A stretch of DNA of 64,000 nucleotides from Mobula hypostoma (taxonomy: Eukaryota): the NCBI RefSeq assembly GCF_963921235.1, contig NC_086108.1, forward strand, positions 97,962,001 through 98,026,000, read 5' to 3'. A program made the translations under genes and the position numbers. Numbering within the stretch: position 1 is the first letter of the stretch; every line of letters starts with the position of its first letter. Below are positions 24,741-37,904 of the stretch, piece after piece. The notes under the pieces are model-generated. The model ran no database searches. It had not been told where the DNA came from and was given only the letters and a program-made list of their open reading frames with translations.

Positions 24741-25527
24741 GTCTGCCAACTTAATTTTCCGTGTTTCCAACCTTCAATTTTTAACCAGAAGCATTCACAG
24801 TTAAAGTTACCAACTGCATAAAATGCTTCACTTTCTAAGTATGATATTCCTTCCTTAATAAGCATGGAAAATATTATGAAAAGTAGCAAGCATTTATTTA
24901 CGTAGTGCTACAGTCAGGCAGAGCAGTTGTCAGCAGTCTGTTCCAACCATGCTTTGTTACAATACACAGCAGAGATGCTGGCGTACATGAGCATTGCTGC
25001 CACTCTCAATTACAATCAGAGGGAGGCCCTCACTGGAGAACACAGTGAACCACAACATTTAAATGCAGCACATTGATTGCGCTTCACCTTTCCCCACGCA
25101 GGGATTGACTTGATGTAGCCTTATGCGTTCTGGAGCAGACCGAGAGCCCAAGTGCACTCGTACACTGTGATGCCTGTCTGTGGGAGCGGCGGAAGGCACC
25201 ATAATGTTATGCTGTAAAGGAATATTGTCAAAGACATCTCTGACAGCACAGATTACAGAGGGGACTTGTGTTCCCAAATGTTATTTTTATATACTTATAT
25301 GGAGCCAAACAAAGCTATCAAACTAGAATTGGATTGGCACTAGAGGGAAGATTCAGGGAGCTTTGGGGAAAGAGTAGGGAATGAAACTGGCTGTATTGCT
25401 CTGTAGAGAACTGGTGGGGACTCAAGAGGTTGAATAGACATCTTCTATACTGTGGTGATTCTATGATATTTTCCACTTACCTTTTAAACAAGGCAGTGCT
25501 GCACAGTGTAACATTAAGATGGGAGTT

Positions 25528-26288
25528 ACATAGAAACATAGAAAATAGGTGCAGGAGTAGGCCATTCGGCCCTTCGAGCCTGCACCACCATTTATTATGA
25601 TCATGGCTGATCATCCAACTCAGATCTTCCCTCCATACCCCCTGACCCCCGTAGCCACAAGGGCCATATCTAACTCCCTCTTAAATATAGCCAATGAACT
25701 GGCCTCAACTGTTTCCTGTGGCAGAGAATTCCACAGATTCACCACTCTCTGTGTGAAGAAGTTTTTCCTAATCTCGGTCCTAAAAGGCTTCCCCTCTATC
25801 CTCAAACTGTGGCCCCTCGTTCTGGACTTCCCCAACATCGGGAACAATCTTCCTGCATCTAGCCTGTCCAATCCCTTTAGGATTTTATACGTTTCAATCA
25901 GATCCCCCCTCAATCTTCTAAATTCCAACGAGTACAAGCCCAGTTCATCCAGTCTTTCTTCATATGAAAGTCCCGCCATCCCAGGAATCAATCTGGTGAA
26001 CCTTCTTTGTACTCCCTCTATGGCAAGGATGTCTTTCCTCAGATTAGGGGACCAAAACTGCACACAATACTCCAGGTGTGGTCTCACCAAGGCCTTGTAC
26101 AACTGCAGTAGTACCTCCCTGCTCCTGTACTCGAATCCTCTTGCTATAAATGCCAGCATACCATTCGCCTTTTTCACCGCCTGCTGTACCTGCATGCCCA
26201 CTTTCAATGACTGGTGTATAATGACACCCAGGTCTCGTTGCACCTCTCCTTTTCCTAATCGGCCACCATTCAGATAATAATCTGTTTT
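25528..26288 (-). mobile_element. Young CR1 LINE 3' fragment
   Basis: Uninterrupted 207-aa ORF (QRDLG..LYKALVRPHLEYCVQFWSP..RRLRGDLIETYKI..NFFTQRVVNLWNSLP) and a (TTTCTATG)n tail. Confidence 0.95.
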
Positions 26289-26704
26289 ATGTATTTTCAG
26301 AACTTAATCTTCCTTAAGTACTTCTTCAATCAGTCTTATCTAAAGTAAAGAACAGTAAATCAAAGTCAAAATGAATTTAGTATCAATGCACATACATGTT
26401 ACCAGATACTATCTTGAGGTTCATTTCTTGCAGGCATTTATAGGAAAATAAAGAAATACGATAGAACTTATGAAAAACTGTACATACTGAAAACAAAGTC
26501 TGACAAACAACCACAGTGCAGAAGACATATCAGGCAAAATTAAAAAAATAATACTGAGAACATGAGTTCTTGAAAATGAGTCTGTAGGTTTTGGAATCAG
26601 TTCAGTGTTGAGGTGAGTGACGTTGTCCACGCTGGTTTATCATGTACTGCTGCCGCTAAGCTGATAAATTTCACAACATGCCGGTGATATTAAACTTGTG
26701 GAAG

Positions 26705-26878
26705 TTGCTGGTGAATGCAGCAGGCCAGGCAGCATCTATAGGAAGAGGTACAGTCGACGTTTCGGGCCTTATCTCTACTATCTCTTCTTTCAGTTAGTCC
26801 TGACAAAGGGTCTCGGCCCGAAACGTTGACTGTACCTCTTCCTATAGATGCTGTCTGGCCTGCTGTGTTCACCAGCAA
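26705..26878. repeat. Penelope-derived inverted repeat (64-bp arms, 46-bp spacer)
   Basis: 26705-26768 is nearly the reverse complement of 26815-26878. Confidence 0.9.
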
Positions 26879-27144
26879 TTTTTATGTGCGTTGCTTGAAA
26901 TTCTAGCATCTGCAGATTTCCTCATGTTTGTAATATTAAACTTGATTCTGATTCTGATTCAAGAGCCTGACGTTTGTGGGGTTATAACTGCTCCACTGTG
27001 GAGTGAGACCTACAGTTGCTGTACTTCCTTCCTGATGGTAGGAGAAGAAAGCATGGGTTGGATGGTGGGGGTCATTATTGATGGATTCTGCTTTCCTGGG
27101 CTAGTGCTCCCCACTATTGGGCACATCTACAAGGACTATGTATG

Positions 27145-29125
27145 TAGATGAGGCAGTTAGCCTGTGAGGAGAGATTGAGTCACCTGGGACTATACTTGCT
27201 GGAACTCAGAAGAATGAGAGGAAACATACACAATTATTAAATGGATAAATGATTTTGAAGCAGGAAAGGTGTTTCCAATGGTATGTGAAGCTAGAACTGG
27301 TGAACATAGAGTCAGGATTTAGGTGAATACACTTGGGACAGAGATGAGGAGAAACTGCTTTTCCCAGAGAGTAGTGAATCTGTGGAATTCTCTGCCCAGG
27401 AGATCAGTAGCGGCTACACCATTAAATATATTTAAGGCTCAGAGAGATTTTTGCATTGCAGGGGAAAGAAGAATTGTGAGGAAAGGTCAAGCAGATGAAG
27501 CTGAGTCCACAGCCAGATTAGCCATCATCTTATTGATCGTACAGATGGCCCAATCCTGCTCCTATCTCTTTATGTTCTTATGTTCTCTCTGAAGTGGTGA
27601 CACAGATTTGGACAAAGTTATGAGGGGTAAATATAGGGCAAATGTAAGCAGGCTTTTTCCACTAAAACTGGGCAAGACTACACTAGAGGTCATGGGTTAA
27701 GGGTGAAAGGTGAAATATGAGGGGGAAGTTCTTCACTCGGAAGATGGTGAGTGTGGAATGAGCTGCAAGAGGAAGTTTTGGATGCAGGTTCGAGTTCAAC
27801 TTTTTAGACCAGGGGTTCCCAACCTTTTTATGCTATGGAGCCCGACCATTAACCGAGGGCTCTGTGGACCCCAGGTTAGGAACCACTGTTTTGGAGAGAT
27901 TTGGATGAAACAAGGATGGGAGGGCTCTGGCCCTGGTGCAGGTCGATGGGACTAGACGGAATAGTTTGGCATGGACTAATGGGCTGAAGGGCCTGTTTCT
28001 GTGCTGTAGTGTTCTTTGACTCTACATACAATGAATACAGCCAGCAGTGGTGGGCTCTCATTTGTGCTGTGGAGAAATGATTCAATTACATGTGGATTTA
28101 TGCCATATAAATAACCCGTGCTAATACAGAGCATCATTATTACAGAGCACTCTGCAGGCTACTGGGGAAATGCTTCCACACAGTGTGCCCTTGATTCTAT
28201 TGAAACCAGTCTAACATTGGTGTTACTCAGTCATTTCCTCAAATGCCACAGTTAAAGGAAACAACGTGACAGAGAACAAGATAGAATTTTTTCCAAATAA
28301 TTTTTGTAGAATACATTGTTAGTTGGTAAACTAAGGAAAGAATTAACCCTGCCTTCGATATTTAATTTCTTTGCACTTCACGGTATACAAGGAATGCTGA
28401 ATGCTTTGCTTTTTGCCTGGAACTATGAAATGACTTTTTTTTGTGCTGCTGTCTGAGCTGGTACATATCGATGGAGAAGATGTGCAAAGGATATGGTGGG
28501 GGTGTTTAGGACCAGAGGGTACAGCCCTCATATAGAGGGACGTCCATTTAGAATGGAGATGAGCAGGAACTCCTTTAACCAGAGAGTGGTGAGTCTGTGG
28601 AATTTGTTACCACAGGTGGCCCTGCAGGCCAAGTCATTGGGTTTATTTAAGGCAGAGGTTGATAGATTCTTCTATAGTCAGGACATGAAGGGATACAGGG
28701 AGAAGGCAGGAGACTGGGGCTGGGAGGGAAAGTGGATCAGCCATGATGAAATGGCAAAGCAGACTCGATGGGCCGAATGGCCTAATTCTGCTCTTAAATC
28801 TTATGGTCTTATGGTCTTATTCTGGAAATTAAAGCATCAGCATTAACATATGAGGAGTGTTTGATGGCTCTGGGCCTGTACTCACTGGAGTTTAGAAGAT
28901 TAAGTGGGGGATCTCATTGAAACCTACTAAATGTTGAAAGGCCTAGATAGAGTGGATGTGGAGAAGTCTAGGACCGGAGGGCACTGCCTCAAAATAGAGA
29001 CGAGGAGAAATTTCTTTAGTCAGAAAACAGTGAATCTGTGGAATTCATTGGGTATGTTTAAAGCATAGGTTATTAGGTTCTTGATTAGTAATGGCGTCAA
29101 AGGTTATAGAGAGAGGGCATGAGAA
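27145..29125 (+). mobile_element. Cluster of decayed CR1 3' ends (27145-27590, 27600-28025, 28480-29125)
   Basis: Repeated RNxFxQRVVNLWNxLP motifs and CR1 3' UTRs. A repeat-free island separates them at 28030-28470. Confidence 0.8.
27810..27888. mobile_element. hAT-type MITE
   Basis: CAGGGGTTCCCAACC / GGTTAGGAACCACTG TIRs. Flanks TTTTAGAC / TTTTGGAG (6/8). Confidence 0.82.
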
Positions 29126-29849
29126 GTCTTCTGGTCATGAAGAGGATGATAATAGACTTAGAAAGGATATAGACCGGCTAGTGAAATGGATGGATGCTAT
29201 AGATCAAATTTAATCCCGAAAAGTGCTGTTACATTTTTAGGAAGGACACAATACGAATTAATTCTAAAAGGCAAATTGGTAAATTGTCTTACTATTGCCA
29301 CATATACTGAGATACAGTGAAAAACTTTGTTTTTAATGCCAGCTCTACAGATCATTTCACTAAAACAATGCATTCATATTGTATGAGGGAAAATAATAAA
29401 ATTGCAGAATTAAGTGCCACGGCTACAGAAAAAATGCAGTACAGGCAGACAATTAAGTACAAGGTCATAACAAAGTATGGGGAGTGTTTCATGAGGTAGA
29501 AGCTGTTGTTGAGCCTGGCTGGACATGCTTTGAGGCTTTTGTGTCTTCTGCTCAATGGGAAGGTGAGAAGAAAGAATGACTACAATGGTAGTGTCTTTGA
29601 TTCTGCTGGCTGCTTTACTGAGGCAGTGAGAAGCGTAGATAGAGTCCATGGAGGAGATGGTTTCCGTAATGTGCTGATCTATGTCCACAACTCTCTACAG
29701 CTTCATGTCTTCTTTTAGTTCTCCTAATTTCCTTTTTAAGTGTTCTCTTGCATTTCTTACACACCTCAAGTACCTGGGGACACAGCGAGAGTGATTTCCG
29801 GGCATACAGGAGTAGGATAGATGGGCTGGTTGAGTAGTATTGCAACAAC

Positions 29850-30800
29850 AACCTTCACACATGTAAATAAGACCAAGGAATTTATTGTGGACTTCAGGAA
29901 GGTGAAATTAGGAGAACACGCACCAGTCCTCATTGAGGTGTTGGCAGTGGAAAGGATGAGCATCTCCAAATTCCTGGATGTCAACATCTCAGAGAATGTA
30001 CTCATCATCACAGTCATAGTCGTAGTCATACTTTATTGAACCCAGGGGAAATTGGTTTTCGTTACAGTTGCACCATAAATAATAAATAGTAATAAAACCA
30101 TAAATAGTTAAATAGTAATATGTGAATTATGCCAGGAAATAAGTCCAGGACCAGCCTATTGGCTCAGGGTGTCTGACCTTCCAAGGGAGGAGTTGTAAAG
30201 TTTGATGGCCACAGGCAGGAATGACTTCCTATGACGCTCTGTGCTGCATCTTGGTGGAATGAGTCTCTGGCTGAATATACTCCTGTGCCCAACCAGCACA
30301 TTATGTAGTGGATGGGAGACATTGTCCAAGATGGCATGCAACTTGGACAGCATCCTCTTTTCAGACACCACCATCAGAGAGGCCCAACTCCAGGCCCAAC
30401 AAGCTAATGAAATCAAGAAGAAGGCACATGACTGACTATATTTTTGTTAGGGGTTTGAGGATATCTGGTATGTCATCGAAGGCTCTAGTAACTTTCTACA
30501 GATGTACCATGGAGAGAATCCTGACTGGGAGGGAGGTGCCAATGCACAGGATCAGAAAAAACGCAGAGGGTCACCCAGCTCCCTCAGAGCTCAAACCAAC
30601 CAACCAACGAGGACATCTTCAAAGGGCAATGCTTCAAGAAGGCGACATCCATCGTCAAGGACAGTCACCACCCAGTACATGTCCTCTTCTCATCACAACC
30701 AAGGTACAGGAACCTGAAGACCCGCATTCAATGTTTTTGGAAGAGCTTCTTCGCCTCCTCCATCAGATTTCGGAATAGTCCATGAACCCATGAAAACTAC
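29850..30800 (+). mobile_element. Rex1/Babar fragment with a second Rex1-like 3' end nested in reverse (30020-30390)
   Basis: NKTKEFIVDFRK..KFLDVNISE (+) and ILDNVSHPLHNVL..RHRKSFLPVAIKLYN (-). Confidence 0.82.
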
Positions 30801-31835
30801 CTCTCTGCTCTTCTTTCACACTATCAGTTACTTTTTATTGCCATGGGATGAAGATTTTGACTATATCTCCTAACTAGGCTCCTGATAATCTTATAACTCT
30901 CTGTAAGGTCATCCCTTAGTCTTCAGTGCTCAAGTTTGAATAAACCTGATCTATCCTAATAATTACAGCCCATCATTCCTGGGAACATCCTAGTGAATCT
31001 CTTCTGCATTCTCTCCATTAATACCTCAGCCCTCCTGTTATGTGGTAACCAGAGCTGTAAACAATATTCTTAGAGAAGTCTAACCAACTTGTGTAACTGC
31101 AACTGGACATCCCAGCTCTAATATTCAACATCCCAGCTTTCTTTTCTTCTCTTCAGCATTTTTTGTGATGTGCCACCAGTAGCCAATGAGATATCCAAGC
31201 TTCCTGTTCCTCAAACAGAGGAGGCTATGGACTGACATATCAGAATGGGAATAGGAATTGGAATTACTACTGAGAAGTTCCATTTTTGCTGGATGGAGTG
31301 GAGGTGCTCAACTGTGATGTCCTTGCCATTAGGTTGTAGACTACCAAGGTGGAATATGAGGGATTCAAGAGATTCTGCAGGTGCTAGAAATCCAGAGCAA
31401 CACACACAATGCTGGAGAAACACAGCAGGTCAGGCAGCATCTATGGAAATGAATTAACAGTTGGTGTTTTGGGCTAAGACCCTTCTTCAGGACTGAGAAG
31501 GAAGGGGAAGACACCAGAATAAAGAAAGTTGGGGAGGGGAAGGAGACTAGCTGGAAGATGAAAGATGAAGCCAGGCAAGATCAAGGGCTGGAGAAGAAGA
31601 AATCTGATAGGAGAGGAGAGTGGACTGTAGGAGAAAGGGAAGGAGGAGGGGACCCAGGGGATGGTGATAGGCAGGTAAGAAGAGGCTAAAAGGCCAGAGT
31701 GAGGAATAGGAGAGATGAGGGGGACGGAAACATTTTTACCAGAAGGAGAAATCAATATTCATGCCATCATTTTGGAATATAAGGTGGAATACCTGGATGG
31801 CATATGAGGTGTTGCTCCTTCAACCTGAGAGTGAG

Positions 31836-33779
31836 TAAATAAGGTGCTTGAGGAGTATAAGAAGTGCAAGAAAATACTTAAGAAAGAAATCAGGAGGGCT
31901 AAAAGAAGACATGAGGTTGCCTTGGAAGTCAAAGTGAAGGATAATCCAAAGAGCTTTTACAAGTATATTAAGAGCAAAAGGATTATAAGGGATAAAATTG
32001 GTCCTCTTGAAGATCAGAGTGGTCGGCTATGTGCGGAACCAAAGGAAATGAGGGAGATCTTAAATAGGTTTTTTTGCGTCTGTATTTACTAAGGAAACTG
32101 GCATGAAGTCTATGGAATTAAGGGAAACAAGTAGTGAGATCATGGAAACTGTACAGATTGAAAAGGAGGAGGTGCTTGCTGTCTTGAGGAAAACTTAAGT
32201 GGATAAATCCCCGGGACCTGATAGGGTGTTCCCTTGGACCTTGAAGGAGACTAGTGTTGAAATTGCAGGGGCCTTGGCAGAAATATTTAAAATGTCGCTG
32301 TCTACAGGTGAGTTGCCGGAGGATTGGAGAGTGGCTCATGTTGTCCATTGTTTAAAAAAGGATCGAAAAGTAATCCGGGAAATTATAGGCTGGTAAGTTT
32401 AACGTCGGTAGCTGGTAAGTTATTAGAGGGAGTACTAAGAGACAGAATATACAAGCATTTGGATAGACAGGGACTTATTAGGGAGAGTCAACATGGCTTT
32501 GTGCGTGGTAGGTCATGTTTGACCAATCTATTGGAGTTTTTCGAGGAGGTTACCAGGAAAGTGGATGAAGTGAAGGCAGTGGATATTGTCTACATGGACT
32601 TCAGTAAGGCCTTTGACAAGGTCCCGCATGGGAGGTTAGTTAGGAAAATTCAGTCGCTAGGTATACACGGAGAGGTGGTAAATTGGATTAGACATTGGCT
32701 CAATGGAAGAAGCCAAAGAGTGGTAGTAGAGAATTGCTTCTCTGAGTGGAGGCCTGTGACTAGTGGTGTGCCACAGGGATCAGTGCTGGGTCCATTGTTA
32801 TTTGTCATCTATATCAATGATCTGGATGATAATGTGGTAAATTGGATCAGCAAATTTGCTGATGATACAAAGATTGGAGGTGTAGTAGACAGTGAGGAAG
32901 GTTTTCAGAGCCTGCAGATGGACTTGGACCAGCTGGAAAAATGGGCTGAAAAATGGCAGATGGAGTTTAATACAGACAAGTGTGAGGTATTGCACGTTGG
33001 AAGGACAAACCAAGGTAGAACATACAGGGTTAATGGTAAGGCACTGAGGAGTGCAGTGGAACAGAGGGATCTGGGTATACAGATAGAAAATTCCCTAAAA
33101 GTGGCGTCACAGGTAGATAGGGTCATAAAGAGAGCTTTTGGTACATTGGCCTTTATTAATCAAAGCATTGAGTATAAGAGCTGGAATGTTATGATGAGAT
33201 TGTATAAGGCATTGGTGAGGCCGAATCTGGAGTATTGTGTTCAGTTTTGTTCACCAAATTACAGGAAGGATATAAATAAGGTTGAAAGAGTGCAGAGAAG
33301 GTTTACAAGGATGTTGCCGGGATTTGAGAAACTCAGTTACAGAGAAAGGTTGAATAGGTTAGGACTTTATTCCCTGGAGCATAGAAGAATGAGGGGAGAT
33401 TTGATAGAGGTATATAAAATTATGATGGGTATAGATGGAGTGAATGCAAGCAGGCTTTTTCCACTGAGGCAAGGGGAGAAAAAAACCAGAGGACATGGGT
33501 TAAGGGTGAGGGGGGAAAAGTTTAAAGGGAACATTAGGGGAGGCTTCTTCACACAGAGAGTGGTGGGAGTATGGAATGAGCTGCCAGATGAGGTGGTAAA
33601 TGCAGGTTCTTTTTTAACATTTAAGAATAAATTGGACAGATACATGGATGGGAGGTGTATGGAAGGATATGGTCCGTGTGCAGGTCAGTGGGAGTAGGCA
33701 GAAAATGGTTCGGCACAGCCAAGAAGGGCCAAAAGGCCTGTTTCTGTGCTGTAGTTTTTCTATGGTTTTCTATGGTTTT
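31836..33779 (+). mobile_element. Young 5'-truncated CR1 LINE
   Basis: Tether region (KDNPKSFYKYIKSKR, KSPGPD), RT domain and a 3' (TTTTCTATGG)n tail. Confidence 0.96.
32324..33697 (+). pseudogene. CR1 ORF2 reverse transcriptase domain, open to the natural stop but 5'-truncated and frameshifted upstream
   Basis: QHGFVRGRSCLTNL, YMDFSKAFDKVPH, GVPQGSVLGPLLF, KFADDTK and WQMEFN. Confidence 0.95.
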
Positions 33780-34774
33780 TCTTCTTGGCACAAGAGGAGG
33801 CTACGAACCAACGTATCAGAATGGGAATGGGATCAGAATTAAAATGTTTGGCCACCGGGAAGTACCAGCAGCTCAGGCAGATTCTGTGAAGAGACAGAAA
33901 TATTTCAACTGTGGCACCCACTGACAGAATAGGGCATCGACTGCTGAACTCTCTCCGTAGATATTCACTGACCTGACTTTCAAACATTTTATATTTTTAT
34001 TCCAGGTTTCCAAGGTCTGCATTATTTTTCTTGCAGGAAAATCTGAAAACAGTTGGAAAAAGAAAGACAAAGCTGTAACTAAAATCCAAACATTTTAGGG
34101 AGCAGGAAAACCCAGATAGATATCTGTTGGTTAAGGTTATCATAAGATAATAGCACTGAGCAGAGAGCAGGCGTAAATCAGAATCAGAATCAGTAGGTTG
34201 AGAAATCTGTTGCTTTGTGGCAGCCGGACAGTGTAATACATAATATATACTATAAATTACAATAAGAAATATCTACAAAAATAAAAATGTTATGCAAAAA
34301 AAGAGCAAAATATGGTGAGGTAGTTTTCATGGGTTCAATGTCCATCCAAAAATCTGATGGCAGAGGGGAAGAATCTGTTCCTAAAGCATTGAGAGAGAGC
34401 TTTCATGCTCTTTGAGCCTCCTCCCTGATGGCAGTAATGAGAAGAGGGCATGTTGCTCTCTGATGGATGCTGCCTTCATGACACTTTGTTCCTTGAAGAT
34501 GTCATCAATTGTGGGGAGGTTAGTGCCCAAGATCGAGCACTCTTGATGAAGGGTCTTGGCTCGAAATTTCAACTGTTTACTCTTTCTATAGATGCTGCCT
34601 GGCCTGCTGAGTTCCTCCAGCATTTTGTGTGTGTTGCTTTGCACTTCTGGCATCTACTGATTTGCTCATGTTTTGTGGAGCAGGCTGTGTTTACATCTGA
34701 TCTAACGGAACAAGTGTAAGGGGATGAATGGCACCAGAAGTTCCCCTGATTCTACCTTCCCTCTCTTGTCGCAG

Positions 34775-35935
34775 TGAGAATCCACACTGGTGCACCTCAA
34801 GGGTGTGTGCTTAGCCCACTGCTCTTCTCTCTCTAAACCCATGACTGTGTGGCAAGGCATAGCCCAAATACCATCTATAGATTTGCTGACAACACAACCA
34901 TTCTTGGTAGAATTTCAGATGGAGATGAGGGGGCGTACACAAGTGAGGTATACCAGCTGGTTGGGTGGTGTCGCAGCAACAATGTCAGCAAGACGAAAGA
35001 GCTGATTGTGGACTGCAGGAAGGGTAAGATGAGGGAACACAAACCAATTCTCATAGAGGGATCAGAAGTGGAGAGAGTGTGCAATTTCAAGTTCTGGGGT
35101 GTCAAGGTCTCTGAGGATCTAACATGGTCCCAACATATTGATGCAACTATAAAGAAGACAAGACAGCTGCTATATTTCATTAGGAGTGTGAGAAGATTTG
35201 GTTTGTCAGCTAAGACACTTGGGAACTTATCCAGATGTACCGTGGAGAGCGTTCTGACAGGCTGCATCACTTCCTGGTATGGTGGGGGTGGGGGGAAGGG
35301 GAGCGCTACTGCACGGGATTGAAAGAAGCTACAGAAGTCGTAAAATTAGTCAGCTCCACCTTGGGCACTAGCTTCCGTAGTACCCAAGACATCTTCAAGA
35401 AACAGTGCCTCATGAAGGCGACGTCCATTACTAAGGACCACCGTCACCCAGGGCATGCACTCTTCTCATTTTACCATCAGGGAGGAGGTACAGAAGTCTG
35501 AAGGCATACACTCAGAAGTTCAGGAACAGCTTCTTCCCCTCTGCCATCCGATTCCTAAATGGACATTGAATCTTTGGACACTACCTCAGTCTATTTTTAA
35601 TATCTATTGTTTCTGTTTTTGCACTAATTTTAATCTATTTAATATACGTTTACAGGTCGACCTTCACTAATCTGGCACCATTGGGATCTGAGGAGTGCCG
35701 GATTAGTGAAAATGCCGAATTACAGAAGGATCACATTAAGCATAATCAGTGCCGGATTATCGAAGGAACCGGATTACAGGTAGTCAGATTAGTGAAGGTC
35801 GACTGTATATGCCTACTGTAATTGATCTACATATTTTTTTCTCTTTCTTTATTATCGTGTATTGCATCGTACTGGTGCTGCCAAATTAACAAATTTCACA
35901 GCACCTGCCGGTGATAATAAACCTGATTCTGATTC
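34775..35935 (+). mobile_element. Rex1/Babar LINE 3' portion
   Basis: PQGCVLSPLL, IYRFADNTTILG, NVSKTKELIVD and DLTWSQHI. Ends AATAAACCTGATTCTGATTCT. Confidence 0.9.
35653..35805. mobile_element. pogo/Tigger-type MITE (153 bp)
   Basis: TA|CAGGTCGACCTTCACTAATC ... GATTAGTGAAGGTCGACTG|TA with internal CCGGATTA subterminal repeats. Confidence 0.88.
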
Positions 35936-37781
35936 TACACTGTGTGGCTCCACAGTGGTGGAAAAGGGTTTGGGATCATTAGCTCAGCACCATGGAATCC
36001 TTTGATGTATGAATGAAGGAAAGTGGGTTTTGGCTTCAGGTTAGACCTGCCAAATTTCAGATTGTTTAATGCCTGCAATAAAAGAGCAAATTACCTCAAA
36101 TTCGTTAGAACTGGAATGCTTTTTAAAATAATGAGAAAACGGAAGATGTCAATTGCTTCATAAGAGGAAATGTGTGCATATTTTTAAATGCTCCAATCGT
36201 TCCATTAGCCGGTTACTCTGATTAGTGGGGCAGCAATTCTCTCCAATTTACATCATCCTTTTTATCTTAAACACTATCATATCTCGTGAAGGGAAACATA
36301 CTCTGATTAAAAGCATCTTGGCAGGTGAAACCTCTGCTGTGCTGCATGTGTGCTTCAAGAGAAGATTCTCCACGATTTGTCAGACATTTTTCTTGTCTGA
36401 GATGCTAATTCTTCAGGAGTAGATATAATTAGAACTGATTCTAATGGTGTAAAATAGCATTTAACATTGATAAATCTTTCACTGAGTCAAAGGAATAATC
36501 CAGATGGCTGAATTATTACAAAGGTCTTTAAAAGATCAAGGTCACGTAGATGTAAGGTTTATCTTCATAAAAAAAATAATTGTCATTGTCTTTTACATTT
36601 TTCTGCATAGAGAGAGATTTTCATTCCTAATATTCAGAAGGGGAATGTTGGAACACTTTCAATCTCAGGACACCTTCCAAATGCTTTATAAACATGGCTG
36701 GCAATCAACTCATAAAGAGCAATGAGCAATTTTTGGATAATGATCTGACCCATTCCCCTAGTATCACTTCAAGAAGTATTAAAACCTTTGATGGGTCTCG
36801 CTTGACTGAAAGAGCAACTGATAGAATGGAAAATAATGTTCAGTAAGCCTTATGGGAATATAACCGAGAACCAGAAAAGTGCATGGAATGCACTGAGGCC
36901 CTTCGGCCCATCACATCTGTGCCAGCAGCAAATTTAACTCTTAAAGACAAATCCTGATTCCCAGTTCTCTATCAGCCTTTCTGTAGTTTATTGCAAATCA
37001 AGTTTAAACAGCTGGATTTTTATTTGCATTTACCTTCCACACAGCAAGCTAAAAATGCTCAACAGGTCATGCAGCCCCTGTGAAGAGAAAAATCAAAGTT
37101 AGCATTCCAGCTTGATGGCCTGGTTCTGATTCTGTTTCAGTGCTTTTCCCTTTGGAGCAAAGCAAGATGAGAAATGTCTTGATAGAGGTGTACAAGATAG
37201 ACTGAGAGGATATCCAGTACCTTTTTAAAGGGAAGCAATAGATAAGATGAGGGGGCATTAGAGGCAAGTATGGGGGGGGGAACATAGGAGGTGTTTCTTT
37301 TACACAGCAAGCAGTATACCCTGCGGGGGGTGGTTATAGAGGTAGATACATCAGGGACATACAAGAAATTCTTAGGTAGGCCCATGGATAAAAGAAAAAT
37401 GAGGGCTACATGAGAGGGAAGTGTTAGATTGATCATGGAGTAGGTTAAAAGGTCAGCACAACAATGAGCCCAACAGGTCTGTACTGTGCTGTTTTATGTT
37501 CTATGATGGCCGCCATTTACAGATTGTCTTCAGTTTTTTTTTACTTCAAGTTTTCAACAGCTGCAACATTTTTCTTTTGTTCTGGTAAACAGACTCAACG
37601 GTTTAGATTGGAGACCATTCAGGCAGTGAGTTTCAGAAATACTCCTGGGAAATGAATTTTTTCCTCATTCATCCTACTATCTGTCAGCAACTACACTAAA
37701 CCTAGACCCCCTCTGTTAGGGAAAATAGACTCTCTGTCTTCACCTGACTGGGGGAAGTGCAGAGAAGGTTCATGAGACTGG

Positions 37782-37904
37782 ATGCAGTAGGCCAGGCAGC
37801 ATCTCTAGGAAGAGGTACAGTCGACGTTTCAGGCCAAGACCCTTCGTCTCGGTCTGAAATGTCGACTGTACCTCTTCCTAGAGATGCTGCCTGGCCTGCT
37901 GCGT
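37782..37904. repeat. Penelope-derived fold-back hairpin (~59-bp arms, 5-nt loop)
   Basis: 37782-37840 is nearly the reverse complement of 37846-37904. Inserted in a CR1 fragment. Confidence 0.9.

Larger units (their letters stand above)
31215..33960 (-). mobile_element. Penelope-like element fragments (31215-31835, 33780-33960) split by a CR1 insertion
   Basis: LIFHLGSLQPNG and PVAKHFNS motifs. The PLE sequence resumes after the CR1 tail. Confidence 0.8.

Noticed and set aside
25597..26277. 226-aa plus-strand ORF
   Set aside because: Antisense shadow of the CR1 RT C-terminus.
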